Source: a virus (lineage: Duplodnaviria; Caudoviricetes). From it: a stretch of 55,245 nt of DNA. The position numbers were made by a program, and so were the translations under genes. Positions within the stretch are counted from its first letter, which is position 1. Each line of letters opens with the position of its first letter. This document shows, piece after piece, positions 26,356-35,510 of the stretch. The notes beneath the pieces were generated by a model. The model was not told the DNA's origin, ran no database searches, and was given only the letters and a program-made list of their open reading frames with translations. Location: positions 1-55,245 of IMG/VR virus record IMGVR_UViG_3300017653_000203. One strand, written 5' to 3'.

Positions 26356-27074
26356 TTACGTATAAATGTCCGGAGTGTAATTTGATTAGCGGACAAGCTC
26401 GGTGGGATGCGGCTACGGCAGCGAAGTACGGAACGGACAAGCTCGTACTGATTAGTGAAAAAGAGTCGGAAAGTGCCTCGTTCGTCTGCCCCGAATGTCG
26501 AGTAGAATCGGATGGTTGCGGAATAAAGGCAGAAGTCAACGGGTTAAACGAACAATGTAGCGTAGCCGTAAAAATCCGTAAGCTTTCCGAACACGCCCGC
26601 ATCCCAACGTACGGTACCGCCGGCGCCGCTTGCTTCGATCTATACGCGGCCGAGGACGCAATAATCGCGCCTGGCGAAACAAAGACCGTCGGGACCGGTC
26701 TTTCGGTTGAAATTCCGGACGGATACGAGCTGCAGATACGGCCACGGTCGGGGATTTCGTTAAAGACGAAGCTGCGTGTTGCTAATTCGCCAGGCTGCGT
26801 AGATAGTGATTTTCGCGGCGAGGTTGCGGTGATTTTCGATAACATAGCGGTGACTTACAACGAACTCTTTCCGTCAGTGGCTACGTTAGACGGCGGACTT
26901 GAATACGATGGCTTTGGTCAATATCTGTTTAATACGTACCTAATCCGCCGCGGCGACCGAATCGCGCAAGCCGCCGTCGTACCGGTTCCACGGGTACAAT
27001 TCGTAGAAACTGACGAGGAATTGACGAATACGGTACGCGGAAACGGCGGCTTCGGGCACACCGGAACAAATTAA
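26352..27074 (+). CDS. dut: Trimeric dUTPase with N-terminal zinc-finger extension
   Basis: AACFDL, PRSG, GCVDSDFRGE, RIAQ, RGNGGFGHTG; N-terminal CPEC...CPEC. Confidence 0.9.
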   Translation: MITYKCPECNLISGQARWDAATAAKYGTDKLVLISEKESESASFVCPECRVESDGCGIKAEVNGLNEQCSVAVKIRKLSEHARIPTYGTAGAACFDLYAAEDAIIAPGETKTVGTGLSVEIPDGYELQIRPRSGISLKTKLRVANSPGCVDSDFRGEVAVIFDNIAVTYNELFPSVATLDGGLEYDGFGQYLFNTYLIRRGDRIAQAAVVPVPRVQFVETDEELTNTVRGNGGFGHTGTN

Positions 27075-27090
27075 CGAAGGAGGCCGCAAA

Positions 27091-27858
27091 TTGAACGTTA
27101 AATTAATCGCACACACAGCGTTATCAGCTGATTTCTATAACGAAGTTCGTGGAACAATCGGGATAGGCGGAGACGGGCGAAACGAACGAGCCGCCGTCGC
27201 ACTAACCGCCATCCGAACGTGCTACTCGCCGCTTAAGCCGACCGAAATCGTTCCGGCCGAGGGCGATAAATACTTCGGATCGGCCGCGGCAGACGGCGAA
27301 GGCGGCACGGAATCTGACCGATTGTTCCGGCACATTATCCGCAGCAAGCATACGTCTACGCTCGAACATATCACGTACACGTTCGCGGTAGAACATGTTT
27401 CTCGCTCCTTACTCGCACAATTAACACGTCACCGTCAGTTTTCGTTCAGCGTACAGAGTCAGCGGTATGTCCGTTTCGGTTCCGGCGACAAGTCCGGCGG
27501 ATTCGATTATGTTACGCCGGATTCGCTGGACGGTAAGACGGTTCCGAGTAATGACGACGAAGATTACTACGTTACACTGTTGGCATCGGAAATTTACGAA
27601 TCAGCCATGCAGGACGCACAGTATGCGTACGACCGACTCCGTAAAGCTGGCGTGCCCGCCGAAGATGCCCGTTACGTCCTACCGAACGGTGTAACATGCA
27701 ATCTCGTTATGACCGGCAACCTCCGCGCATTCCTCGAATTTTACGGTAAGCGGAAGCCTGGCGCCGGCGCGCAATGGGAAATCGCGGAATTAGCCGAACG
27801 TGTCCGCGAAGAAATAACGAAGGTTGACGAATGGGTAGCGCCATTTTTCGAAAATTAA
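27091..27858 (+). CDS. thyX: FAD-dependent thymidylate synthase
   Basis: HTSTLEH, RHRQFSFSVQSQRY, EDARYVLP, AQWEI. Confidence 0.95.
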   Translation: MNVKLIAHTALSADFYNEVRGTIGIGGDGRNERAAVALTAIRTCYSPLKPTEIVPAEGDKYFGSAAADGEGGTESDRLFRHIIRSKHTSTLEHITYTFAVEHVSRSLLAQLTRHRQFSFSVQSQRYVRFGSGDKSGGFDYVTPDSLDGKTVPSNDDEDYYVTLLASEIYESAMQDAQYAYDRLRKAGVPAEDARYVLPNGVTCNLVMTGNLRAFLEFYGKRKPGAGAQWEIAELAERVREEITKVDEWVAPFFEN

Positions 27859-27893
27859 AACACGGGAGCGAAAACCGAAGGAGTGACGTAATT

Positions 27894-28226
27894 ATGACGA
27901 AATCACTTGCGGAGAAGATTGCAGAATTGGACGCCAAGCGCGCGGAGGTCGCGGCGTTGGAAAAGGAAGTAGCTACGGGCATTGTGGGCTCGCTAGTATG
28001 CGTTACTGGTGAAGGTTATCACGGGGATATAAAAATCGGAACGATAGTAAAAGTTTTAGAGATAGACCACGACTATGAAGAATATCCGTATAAATGCGAA
28101 TTACTAGACGGTTCCGACTTTGACAGATTAAATATCGCTGAACTCGAATTCCTCACGCCCGAAGCCGCCCGCGCCCGCCTTATTGCCGACATCGACCGTC
28201 AACTCGCGGAGGCTTGCGGACAATAA
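27894..28226 (+). CDS. SH3-like module protein
   Basis: YPYKCELLDGS module shared with 14076-15251; AAGGAG RBS. Confidence 0.7.
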   Translation: MTKSLAEKIAELDAKRAEVAALEKEVATGIVGSLVCVTGEGYHGDIKIGTIVKVLEIDHDYEEYPYKCELLDGSDFDRLNIAELEFLTPEAARARLIADIDRQLAEACGQ

Positions 28227-28702
28227 GTAGCGTATATGCGCTGTTCATGGCGCTGGCGTGCGCATGGCTTACGGACGTAGATGCAACGACGACGGAACCG
28301 GTAGCAATCGTACAGGAGGCGGAAGAAACGACCGAGTCCGAATGGCTTACGTTTGAAGCTACGGACGAACAGGAGACGTGGCGCACTTTCACGGCTACTG
28401 CGTATACCGCTAACTGCCGCGGCTGCACCGGTATAACGAAAACGGGCATAGACGTCCGGCAGACGATAGTCGACGAAGAGGGCAGGCGTATCATCGCGGT
28501 CGATCCGCGCGTGATTCCGTTAGGCAGCCGAATCGATATTCGTATAGGCAGCGAAATAATCGAAGGCGTCGCAGAAGATATCGGCGGAGCAATTAAAGGC
28601 GCCCGTATTGACGTATTAATGGCGGATTACAGCGAAGCTGTAACGTTCGGGCGGCAGGACGTAGAGGTACGGATTATAAACGAAAAAGAAGCGGAGGAAT
28701 GA
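28223..28702 (+). CDS. 3D-domain (MltA-like) cell wall protein with N-terminal signal or anchor
   Basis: ATAYT...GITKTG...IAVDPRVIPLGS...AEDIGGAIKGARIDV; ATA start inferred from RBS spacing. Confidence 0.88.
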   Translation: MSSVYALFMALACAWLTDVDATTTEPVAIVQEAEETTESEWLTFEATDEQETWRTFTATAYTANCRGCTGITKTGIDVRQTIVDEEGRRIIAVDPRVIPLGSRIDIRIGSEIIEGVAEDIGGAIKGARIDVLMADYSEAVTFGRQDVEVRIINEKEAEE

Positions 28703-28705
28703 CGA

Positions 28706-30253
28706 ATGAATACGATTGACGGACGTATGGCGGAAATTAATGACGCGGGCCTTTGGTTTAATACATACGAAGCCTTCGCGAAGAAGCACGGATACCCTGA
28801 CGCGGCTGTGAGTTGGGATTACGACGATACTCGAAGGGAGCCGCAAAACGGCGATATAGTTACGTTACTAACGTCGGGCGCGCACCTGTCTCTGGGGATG
28901 TACGACGGAGATACGTTATGGATCGTAGAAGCCGCGAACGGCGAGCGTCATATTTTCAACGAAAAGGGGCTGCGTATATTGGGCGAAAAGTTGACGAATG
29001 TGTCGGTACTTAAGGACGAAGTCCTCGGCGTTGAGCGTGAGTATCGCGAGGTTAAGCGGAAAGCGGCGGTCGGTGAGCGGATTAAGATCGTAAGCCCGTG
29101 GGGAGCAGGCGGTGCATACGCCGAAGGTGACGTATTAACGGTAAATCGCTTGTGGATCGATAATTGCGTGGAGTGTGACGCTGCTGTATCCGGCAGTAAC
29201 TGGGACGGAATGATTACGGGTGACGAATATGTCGTCCTCGAACCGACCGATATCGTCCGCATCGACGGCGGAAGGTATCGTTTGGTCGAGCGGAAGGCTG
29301 CGAAGGGCGATCGTATTGTGTTCGTTGCGGATTGGAGCACGGCCGGAAGCGCTAACCGTTCGATAACTGCGGGCAAAATTTACGAAGTTTATGCCTCGGA
29401 TCATGACGGTGGTGGGTTTAAATGTGACCGAGGATCTGAGCGCTGGCAGTATATCGGTAATAAGCCGAAATCGTACGTTCTTGAGCCGGTATCAGCCTAT
29501 TCGTCCGACGGCTACGCTTCAAGTGACGGCTACGCTTCCGAAGATGCCGCATTAATCGTCCTGCAGCGTGAAATCACTGGGCTGAAACGTCAGCAAGCTG
29601 ATTTCCAACGTTGGCAAGCAGAAGCGAGCCGTCAGCAATCGGAAGCCGCCGCGCAGATTGACGGACTGACCGACGCCGTTGCGAAATTGACTACGAAACT
29701 TTACGGTAAGTCCTCGGACGTTTCCGTAATCGACGAATTTGCGACGGCCACGACTCGTGACGAGATTATCGAACGTGCGAAAGCGGACGTGGCGGATTTG
29801 ACTCAATGTAACGGCGGTCTTTACGCGTGGTTGAGCGGTGTCGGACATGTTACTGTGGGGTTTGTCGTCAACAGGGAGAAACGAACCGTTGTAGCGTTAT
29901 TACGTCGAGCTTACATTAGTCAAGACGAGGCTCGTGCGCGCGGTATCGCCAAGTGTGCGCCAGGCGACTGCTTCAACGTATGGCTCGGTAAAGCCATTGC
30001 GCTCCGCCGTGCATTGGCGTTGCCAATTCCGTCCGAATACGTTAACGCACCGCAGCCGACGGAGCCGCGCGTTGGTGATATCGTAACCGGAGGTGAACGA
30101 GAAGGTGCGTTTTATGGCTCAGACAAGCGTTTCATACTCACGTCAAAGCGCGGCGAGACTTCCTTCCGTTACACTAATGGCGGAGAGGATTGGATCTACC
30201 GTGGACAGATCGGAACCGTTATCGACGACTCCGATCGGGAGGTGTCCGAATAA
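28706..30253 (+). CDS. Multi-domain protein with SH3-like repeats and coiled coil
   Basis: YREVKRKAAVGE, YRLVERKAAKGD; GIAKCAPGDCFNVWLGKAIALRRAL domain. Confidence 0.75.
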   Translation: MNTIDGRMAEINDAGLWFNTYEAFAKKHGYPDAAVSWDYDDTRREPQNGDIVTLLTSGAHLSLGMYDGDTLWIVEAANGERHIFNEKGLRILGEKLTNVSVLKDEVLGVEREYREVKRKAAVGERIKIVSPWGAGGAYAEGDVLTVNRLWIDNCVECDAAVSGSNWDGMITGDEYVVLEPTDIVRIDGGRYRLVERKAAKGDRIVFVADWSTAGSANRSITAGKIYEVYASDHDGGGFKCDRGSERWQYIGNKPKSYVLEPVSAYSSDGYASSDGYASEDAALIVLQREITGLKRQQADFQRWQAEASRQQSEAAAQIDGLTDAVAKLTTKLYGKSSDVSVIDEFATATTRDEIIERAKADVADLTQCNGGLYAWLSGVGHVTVGFVVNREKRTVVALLRRAYISQDEARARGIAKCAPGDCFNVWLGKAIALRRALALPIPSEYVNAPQPTEPRVGDIVTGGEREGAFYGSDKRFILTSKRGETSFRYTNGGEDWIYRGQIGTVIDDSDREVSE

Positions 30254-30948
30254 TGACGTTAATTAAGTGGTCAAATACGTGCGATTGTTGCGGAGAGTAT
30301 GTGAAGTCTCCGTACTCATTCCGTCATGAGGACGTTTGGTACAGCGGACATAAGCGTTGCATGGGAGCGCCTATGATTCGCAAGCTATCGCCAAGTTTCC
30401 CGCCGATCGCGCTATGTGGCCGGCTCCGTTCCGGCAAAGATACGGTCGCCGAATACCTTGCCGAGCGTTACGGCTACGTCCGGTTCGCGTTCGGTGACGA
30501 AATAAAGCGGTTCGCTAACGAATTGTTTCCGGACGAATCCGCTGCCGGACGGAAGCCCCGCGAATTGTACCAATGGTTCGGGCAGACGATGAGGCAACGA
30601 GATCCGGACGTATGGGTGCGGAAGTGTTTCGATACGATTAAATATAGGCATTATTTCCCGTTAGCAACCGCCTTATCTCCGCCGGTAATCACCGACCTCC
30701 GCCAGCCAAACGAGTTTGCTCGGTGCCGCACGGAAGGCTTCGTAATCATCCGCATTACTCGACCGGAACCAGCGCGAATAGCCGCTGCGTCCGCTACCGA
30801 CTCGTTCACGGCGGCGGACTTGCGGCATGAAACGGAGCAGCATACGGACGGGTTCGCCGTCGATTACGAAATTGCGAACGACGGGACGCTGGCGGAGTTG
30901 TATGCGAAGGTTGACAACTGCGTTAGCGCTATGTGCTCGGCGGCGTAA
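30253..30948 (+). CDS. Deoxynucleoside monophosphate kinase
   Basis: GRLRSGKDT, FAFGDEIK, RELYQWFG, ITDLRQPNE, HETE, NDGTL. Confidence 0.88.
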   Translation: MTLIKWSNTCDCCGEYVKSPYSFRHEDVWYSGHKRCMGAPMIRKLSPSFPPIALCGRLRSGKDTVAEYLAERYGYVRFAFGDEIKRFANELFPDESAAGRKPRELYQWFGQTMRQRDPDVWVRKCFDTIKYRHYFPLATALSPPVITDLRQPNEFARCRTEGFVIIRITRPEPARIAAASATDSFTAADLRHETEQHTDGFAVDYEIANDGTLAELYAKVDNCVSAMCSAA

Positions 30949-30950
30949 AT

Positions 30951-30988
30951 AAAAACGACTCTACCGCATAGGCAACGGCTAGAGTCGT
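30951..30988 (-). terminator. Intrinsic terminator between convergent genes
   Basis: ACGACTCTA...TAGAGTCGT inverted repeat with an A-run on the left. Confidence 0.65.
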
Positions 30989-30996
30989 AAATAACG

Positions 30997-31359
30997 TTAA
31001 GCTTCCGGACTTGCATCTTCGCTAACAAACACGAACCACCCGTCCTGCTCCGCCGCAAACACGTAGCGGCCGCGTTTCGGTTCGAGCTGCGTCCGGTTAA
31101 AAAATCGTCCGGCCGAAATATACCCGCGCTTATCAACGTTTGCCGCCGTCGGGTCGGCCGGATTCGCGGCGGGCTTTATCGCAATAGCACGTTCGGCCGC
31201 GGCGTATCCGAGCGCGACACGGTTCCCGGCATCAAGTCCGTACATTTTAACGATATCCGACGATAGCCGCAGCCGCTTTTGCGCGTCGGTCGCTACGTAG
31301 AGGTTGACGAGCGGGATTTCTTCGATATTAAAGCGTAGAGTTTCGTTTGCCACACGCAC
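30997..31359 (-). CDS. Putative tandem AbrB/MraZ-like DNA-binding protein
   Basis: TDAQKRLRLSSDIVKMYGLDAGNRV and VDKRGYIS swapped-hairpin-like repeats. Confidence 0.5.
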   Translation of the reverse strand: MRVANETLRFNIEEIPLVNLYVATDAQKRLRLSSDIVKMYGLDAGNRVALGYAAAERAIAIKPAANPADPTAANVDKRGYISAGRFFNRTQLEPKRGRYVFAAEQDGWFVFVSEDASPEA

Positions 31360-31441
31360 ACACTCCGATCAATTAACGGTTTTACAACGATAAATCGTCG
31401 AGATTGTAACGATATTATAACAGGAATGGGAGGCGGTTTCC

Positions 31442-32790
31442 ATCGGAAACACATCGTTTAAGTACGTAGAGTTGTTCGCAGGTATCGGAGGTTTTCGTCA
31501 AGCGTTGGACGCGCTGGGCGGCGAGTGCGTATTCGCGAGCGAGATTGACCCGTTCGCGACGCGAGCGAGATTGACCCGTTCGCGACGCGAGCGTATAAGG
31601 CGTTGTACGGAGATAAGGACGGAGTTTGCCCGGAATTGCACGGCGATATAACCGCGGTAGAGGCGCGCGACATTCCGGATCATGACGTATTAGTAGGCGG
31701 ATTTCCATGCCAGGCGTTCAGCGTCGCAGGACAGCGTAAAGGATTCGAAGATACGCGCGGGACTTTATTCTTCGAAATCGCACGAATTGCAGATGCGAAG
31801 CGTCCGCGGCTAATGCTGCTAGAAAACGTAAAGGGACTGTTGTCCCACGACGGCGGTAATACGTTCGAAACGATGTGCGCGGCGCTTAACGAAATCGGTT
31901 ACGCGGTCGACTTCCGCATTCTTAATAGCAAGCACTTTGCCGTACCGCAGAATCGTGAGCGCATATTTATCGTCGCTGACCGCGACGCAGCGGACGAACC
32001 GTGGGCGATACAGCCGAAGGCTAACGATGTTGTAACGAAGGCTAAACGAAGGGTGGCGGCTCTCGGTATTAGAACGTTCAATTTCGATTGGCCGACGGAA
32101 GGCGACATAACGGTGCGATTGCGTGACGTGTTGGAAACGGACGTTGACGAAAAATACTACTTGTCCGAAGAGAAAACGGCGAAGTTACTGGCGCAGCTTA
32201 GTGAACGTAATCATCACGTTGAGCCTTGCGTTAATGATCGCGGATCATTACGTGTTAACCTCGAAGGAGTTTCGAATGCGTTGGATGCCAGTTATTTTAA
32301 AGGGTTAGATAATCATGCGCAGCGTACGCATGTGATCGAATACTCACGTAAAACGGGTATTGGCCGCGAACTAGAGCAGGCACACTGTTTATCTGCGTCG
32401 GACTGGCGAGGGCTTAATCGTAATCAAGCGCAAACAGCCTTGTTAGAAGTCCGTCCGGTACTCACGCCTGACCGTGAAGAGAAAGCTCAAAACGGACGCC
32501 GTTTTAAAGATGACGGAGAGGAATCGTTTACACTTACGGCGCAGGACAAGCACGGCGTTGCTATCGGAACATTCCCTCGTTACCGCATCCGTAAATTAAC
32601 GCCGCTAGAATGCTGGCGACTACAAGGATTCTCGGACGCTGCGCATGATACCGTTAAAGCCGCCGGCGTATCCGATTCGCAACGTTATAAGCAAGCGGGG
32701 AATGCCGTCACTCGTAACGTAATCGCGGCAATAGGCAAGCCGTTGATTGAACGTTTAGATACGAAATTTACCGTACAGGAGGCGGCATAA
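31442..32790 (+). pseudogene. DNA (cytosine-5) methyltransferase, frameshifted by a 26-bp tandem duplication
   Basis: Motif I ELFAGIGG is in a different frame from GFPCQAFS, ENVKGL, PQNRERIF, QAGNAV; removing one repeat unit restores a 440-aa ORF from an ATC start. Confidence 0.88.
31534..31593 (+). repeat. 26-bp tandem duplication plus 8-bp partial copy
   Basis: CGCGAGCGAGATTGACCCGTTCGCGA twice (31534-59, 31560-85), then CGCGAGCG. Confidence 0.97.
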
Positions 32791-32791
32791 C

Positions 32792-33010
32792 ATGACGTGG
32801 AAAACGATTGATTCCGCACCTAAAGACGGAACTTGCGTACTCGTATACAACGATGACGGTTGTGTTTACGCAGCAGAATACGATGACTATTTCGGAAAGT
32901 GGCGTTTCCCTTCCGCCGATCAACATGGCTGCGGATGCTGTAGCGGCGATGGCGACGCACCTACGCATTGGATGCCTTTACCCGAAAAACCAACGGAGGT
33001 GTCCGAATAG
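32792..33010 (+). CDS. DUF551-like protein
   Basis: WKTIDSAPKDGT...PTHWMPLPEKP. Confidence 0.8.
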   Translation: MTWKTIDSAPKDGTCVLVYNDDGCVYAAEYDDYFGKWRFPSADQHGCGCCSGDGDAPTHWMPLPEKPTEVSE

Positions 33011-33400
33011 ATGGACTTGACGAAGCAAACTCGGAAATACACGGAGAGCTATACGCTTTCTACGGCGGCCGGCGTTAAAGCGCTGCTCCGCGACCGGCAT
33101 CGGATTGCGGCACGCCGATTCAAGGGCGATACGGCGGCGTCCGACATATTGATCGATTTACACTCCGCTATCAATTCCGCCGGCTTAACGGATCGGCAAA
33201 CGGAGGCGGTGGCGTGGGTGTACGGAGTGGACGTGACGCAAGCGGAGGCGGCCCGGATTATGGGGATTACGCGAGAAGGCGTAAAGAACCTCGTAAATGA
33301 AGCGGTAGAACGTGTCGCTGCGGTTTATGAACGTTGGGAATACGGCGAGGTTACGGTAGAAGGCGAAAGCCCGTTCGAAATCGGAAAGGTGGCGGCTTAA
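33011..33400 (+). CDS. Sigma70 region-4-like HTH regulator
   Basis: LTDRQTEAV...TQAEAARIMGITREGV. Confidence 0.8.
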   Translation: MDLTKQTRKYTESYTLSTAAGVKALLRDRHRIAARRFKGDTAASDILIDLHSAINSAGLTDRQTEAVAWVYGVDVTQAEAARIMGITREGVKNLVNEAVERVAAVYERWEYGEVTVEGESPFEIGKVAA

Positions 33401-34047
33401 TGGCGGAAACATACACAGAAAGATTCGCGGCACTAGTTACGGAAATCGTCGCAAACGTAAAGGGGCGTAAAACATGCGATAGCTTACGTTATGCTTACGG
33501 CGGGGTCGGTTATGATCTCGTCGACCGGTCGCAGCGTATGGCGTTAATTGAGCGCGTGGCGGATGGTTATATTAAGGCGCACGCCGACGTAAACCAAGCG
33601 ACACTAGACGCGTGGAGGGAGCGAGGCTGTAACGGAGAGAGGCCGTCGCCAATTTCGCTGGACACTGCGCTAATTGAACGTTTAACTGACGCAATCCTTG
33701 ACGAAGAATTGACGGACCCGAATCCGTACAAAGTTTCACACGAAGAGTACCCGTTCATGTCCGATAGGCAGCTCGACCTCCGCCGCGACCGTGAAACCGG
33801 ATTGAAAGCGGTAGAGGAAACGGGCATGGACGGCCGCGATTATCGGAAGCCAACGAAGCGCCGCCGGACGAATTACGAAAATTGGCACGTAGACCATCAT
33901 GCGCGCGGTCGGAACAAAGAACGCCAGCGTCAGTATGCGAAAGATACGGCGGCCGGACCGGTCTCTTACGGAAGAAGCGCCGCGGAGTTTGTTACGGCCG
34001 CGTCCGTTGCTAAAAAGTGGAGAGAGCGGTTAAGTCTCGTTTATTAA
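33400..34047 (+). CDS. Hypothetical phage protein
   Basis: TAATG overlap; LERLTD-like ILDEELTDPNPYKV...EYPFMS segment. Confidence 0.7.
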   Translation: MAETYTERFAALVTEIVANVKGRKTCDSLRYAYGGVGYDLVDRSQRMALIERVADGYIKAHADVNQATLDAWRERGCNGERPSPISLDTALIERLTDAILDEELTDPNPYKVSHEEYPFMSDRQLDLRRDRETGLKAVEETGMDGRDYRKPTKRRRTNYENWHVDHHARGRNKERQRQYAKDTAAGPVSYGRSAAEFVTAASVAKKWRERLSLVY

Positions 34048-34109
34048 TCCAATAACTACCGCCTCATTACGGTCGTGCATAGCGCTATAATCGTATTGAG
34101 GTGGTTTTT

Positions 34110-34958
34110 ATGTTTGTTGAACCGATGTTACTCGGAAAGCGCGAAGAACCGTTCGACGACGATCGTTATATTTTTCAGCCGAAAATCGACGGCCATCGGT
34201 TAATATTATCGCGTACAGCCGGACAGGTGCGCTTATATACACGTCACAACAACGACGTGACACTTCAATACCCGGAGTTGCATAACGTTCCGGTCGATGG
34301 CGATGTTGATGTCGTTTTAGACGGCGAAGTCGCCCGGATGGATGAAACGGGCTGGATCGACTTTGAAGCGGTCATGGAGCGGTTCCGTCTTACGAAGCAG
34401 GAGCGAATTAGCGAGGCCGCACGTACTATGCCGGTACATTATTACGTGTTTGACGTGCTGCATTACAACGGGGAGGACGTGCGGGGATGGCCGCTTACGG
34501 ATCGATTAGCGTTGTTATCGGATATTACGTCGTCAAATCCGCATTACTCCAATGTGCTGACGGTGCCGGGTGCGGGGATTGCGTTATTTAACACGGTAAA
34601 GGAACGCCGGTTAGAAGGTATCGTAGCAAAGCGTAAGAGTAGCGTATATGTAGGGCGGCGGTCGGAAAATTGGCTAAAGATTATCAATTACGAGTACGCC
34701 GACGTTCATATTGCGGGTTATCGTAAAGGTGATTTCGGATGGTTGGCGCACATAGACGGACGGCCCGCGGGCGTTATCGAGTTGGCGGTACCGGCTGCGC
34801 ATAAAAAAGCGTTTTACAACGTTGCTCGTACGCTCGTGACGGGCGAGGACAGGAATTTTGTTTACGTCCAGCCGCGGATAAAGGCGCGCGTCCGGTTCCG
34901 GAACTACTATAAGAGCGGAATGTTACGTACGCCGGAGTTTGTTGAATTTGTATTGTAG
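34110..34958 (+). CDS. ATP-dependent DNA ligase (LigD ligase-domain type)
   Basis: QPKIDGHR, LDGEV, VFDVL, EGIVAKR, MLRTPEF. Confidence 0.92.
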   Translation: MFVEPMLLGKREEPFDDDRYIFQPKIDGHRLILSRTAGQVRLYTRHNNDVTLQYPELHNVPVDGDVDVVLDGEVARMDETGWIDFEAVMERFRLTKQERISEAARTMPVHYYVFDVLHYNGEDVRGWPLTDRLALLSDITSSNPHYSNVLTVPGAGIALFNTVKERRLEGIVAKRKSSVYVGRRSENWLKIINYEYADVHIAGYRKGDFGWLAHIDGRPAGVIELAVPAAHKKAFYNVARTLVTGEDRNFVYVQPRIKARVRFRNYYKSGMLRTPEFVEFVL

Positions 34959-35085
34959 CCATCATGTATATTATTATCCCGAACGTTTGGAAATATAATA
35001 AGCCGCAGGGATGCTTTCCCATACGGCTTAGAATCAGATTACCGTAGTATTCCAATTTAATCAACGGTCTCTAACGAACAAATCT

Positions 35086-35113
35086 GCCGATCCTCCGTAG
35101 GGTCGGTTTTTAT
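35086..35113 (+). terminator. Intrinsic terminator
   Basis: GCCGATCCT-ccgt-AGGGTCGGT followed by a T-run. Confidence 0.75.
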
Positions 35114-35452
35114 TTACGCTTCGAATCCCGCACCTTCAATATCCCGGATCGGGAACCATTCACCGTCAACCATAAAGCGCTTATTGATCGGGTCTACTCG
35201 ATCCACAACCCCGACTATCTGTAAATCCTCAAATGGATGATACATTTTTATTGCAATTAGCCTGCGCTGCTGCATCGACTCGTAAACGATCCTTGATATA
35301 TCCTGCCATTCCTGGTCATCAAGCTCTATCCGCTGGCGGCGTTTGAGCTCTTTAAAATTTTCGTTCAACGCAATCTTATGCTCCGGCAGCATCATCCGGG
35401 ACGATTCCCAAAATCCGTTGCCCGTCAATTTCTTAGAGTCCTTCGTTAACAT
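35114..35452 (-). CDS. YolD-like protein
   Basis: KKLTGNGFWESSRMMLPEHK...ELDDQEWQDI. Confidence 0.85.
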   Translation of the reverse strand: MLTKDSKKLTGNGFWESSRMMLPEHKIALNENFKELKRRQRIELDDQEWQDISRIVYESMQQRRLIAIKMYHPFEDLQIVGVVDRVDPINKRFMVDGEWFPIRDIEGAGFEA

Positions 35453-35481
35453 AGCGTTTTCCCTCCTTGGCCTTAACGCTA

Positions 35482-35510
35482 ATTATACGAGAACACACGT
35501 TCGATTTCAA
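35482..35510 (-). promoter_or_regulatory. LexA-controlled SigA promoter of the yolD-like gene
   Basis: TTGAAA-17 nt-TATAAT on - strand, with Gram-positive SOS box CGAACGTGTGTTC in the spacer. Confidence 0.85.

Noticed and set aside
29506-29538. Short in-frame tandem repeat (DGYAS twice)
   Set aside because: In-frame 18-nt-period duplication in a linker, with no evident consequence
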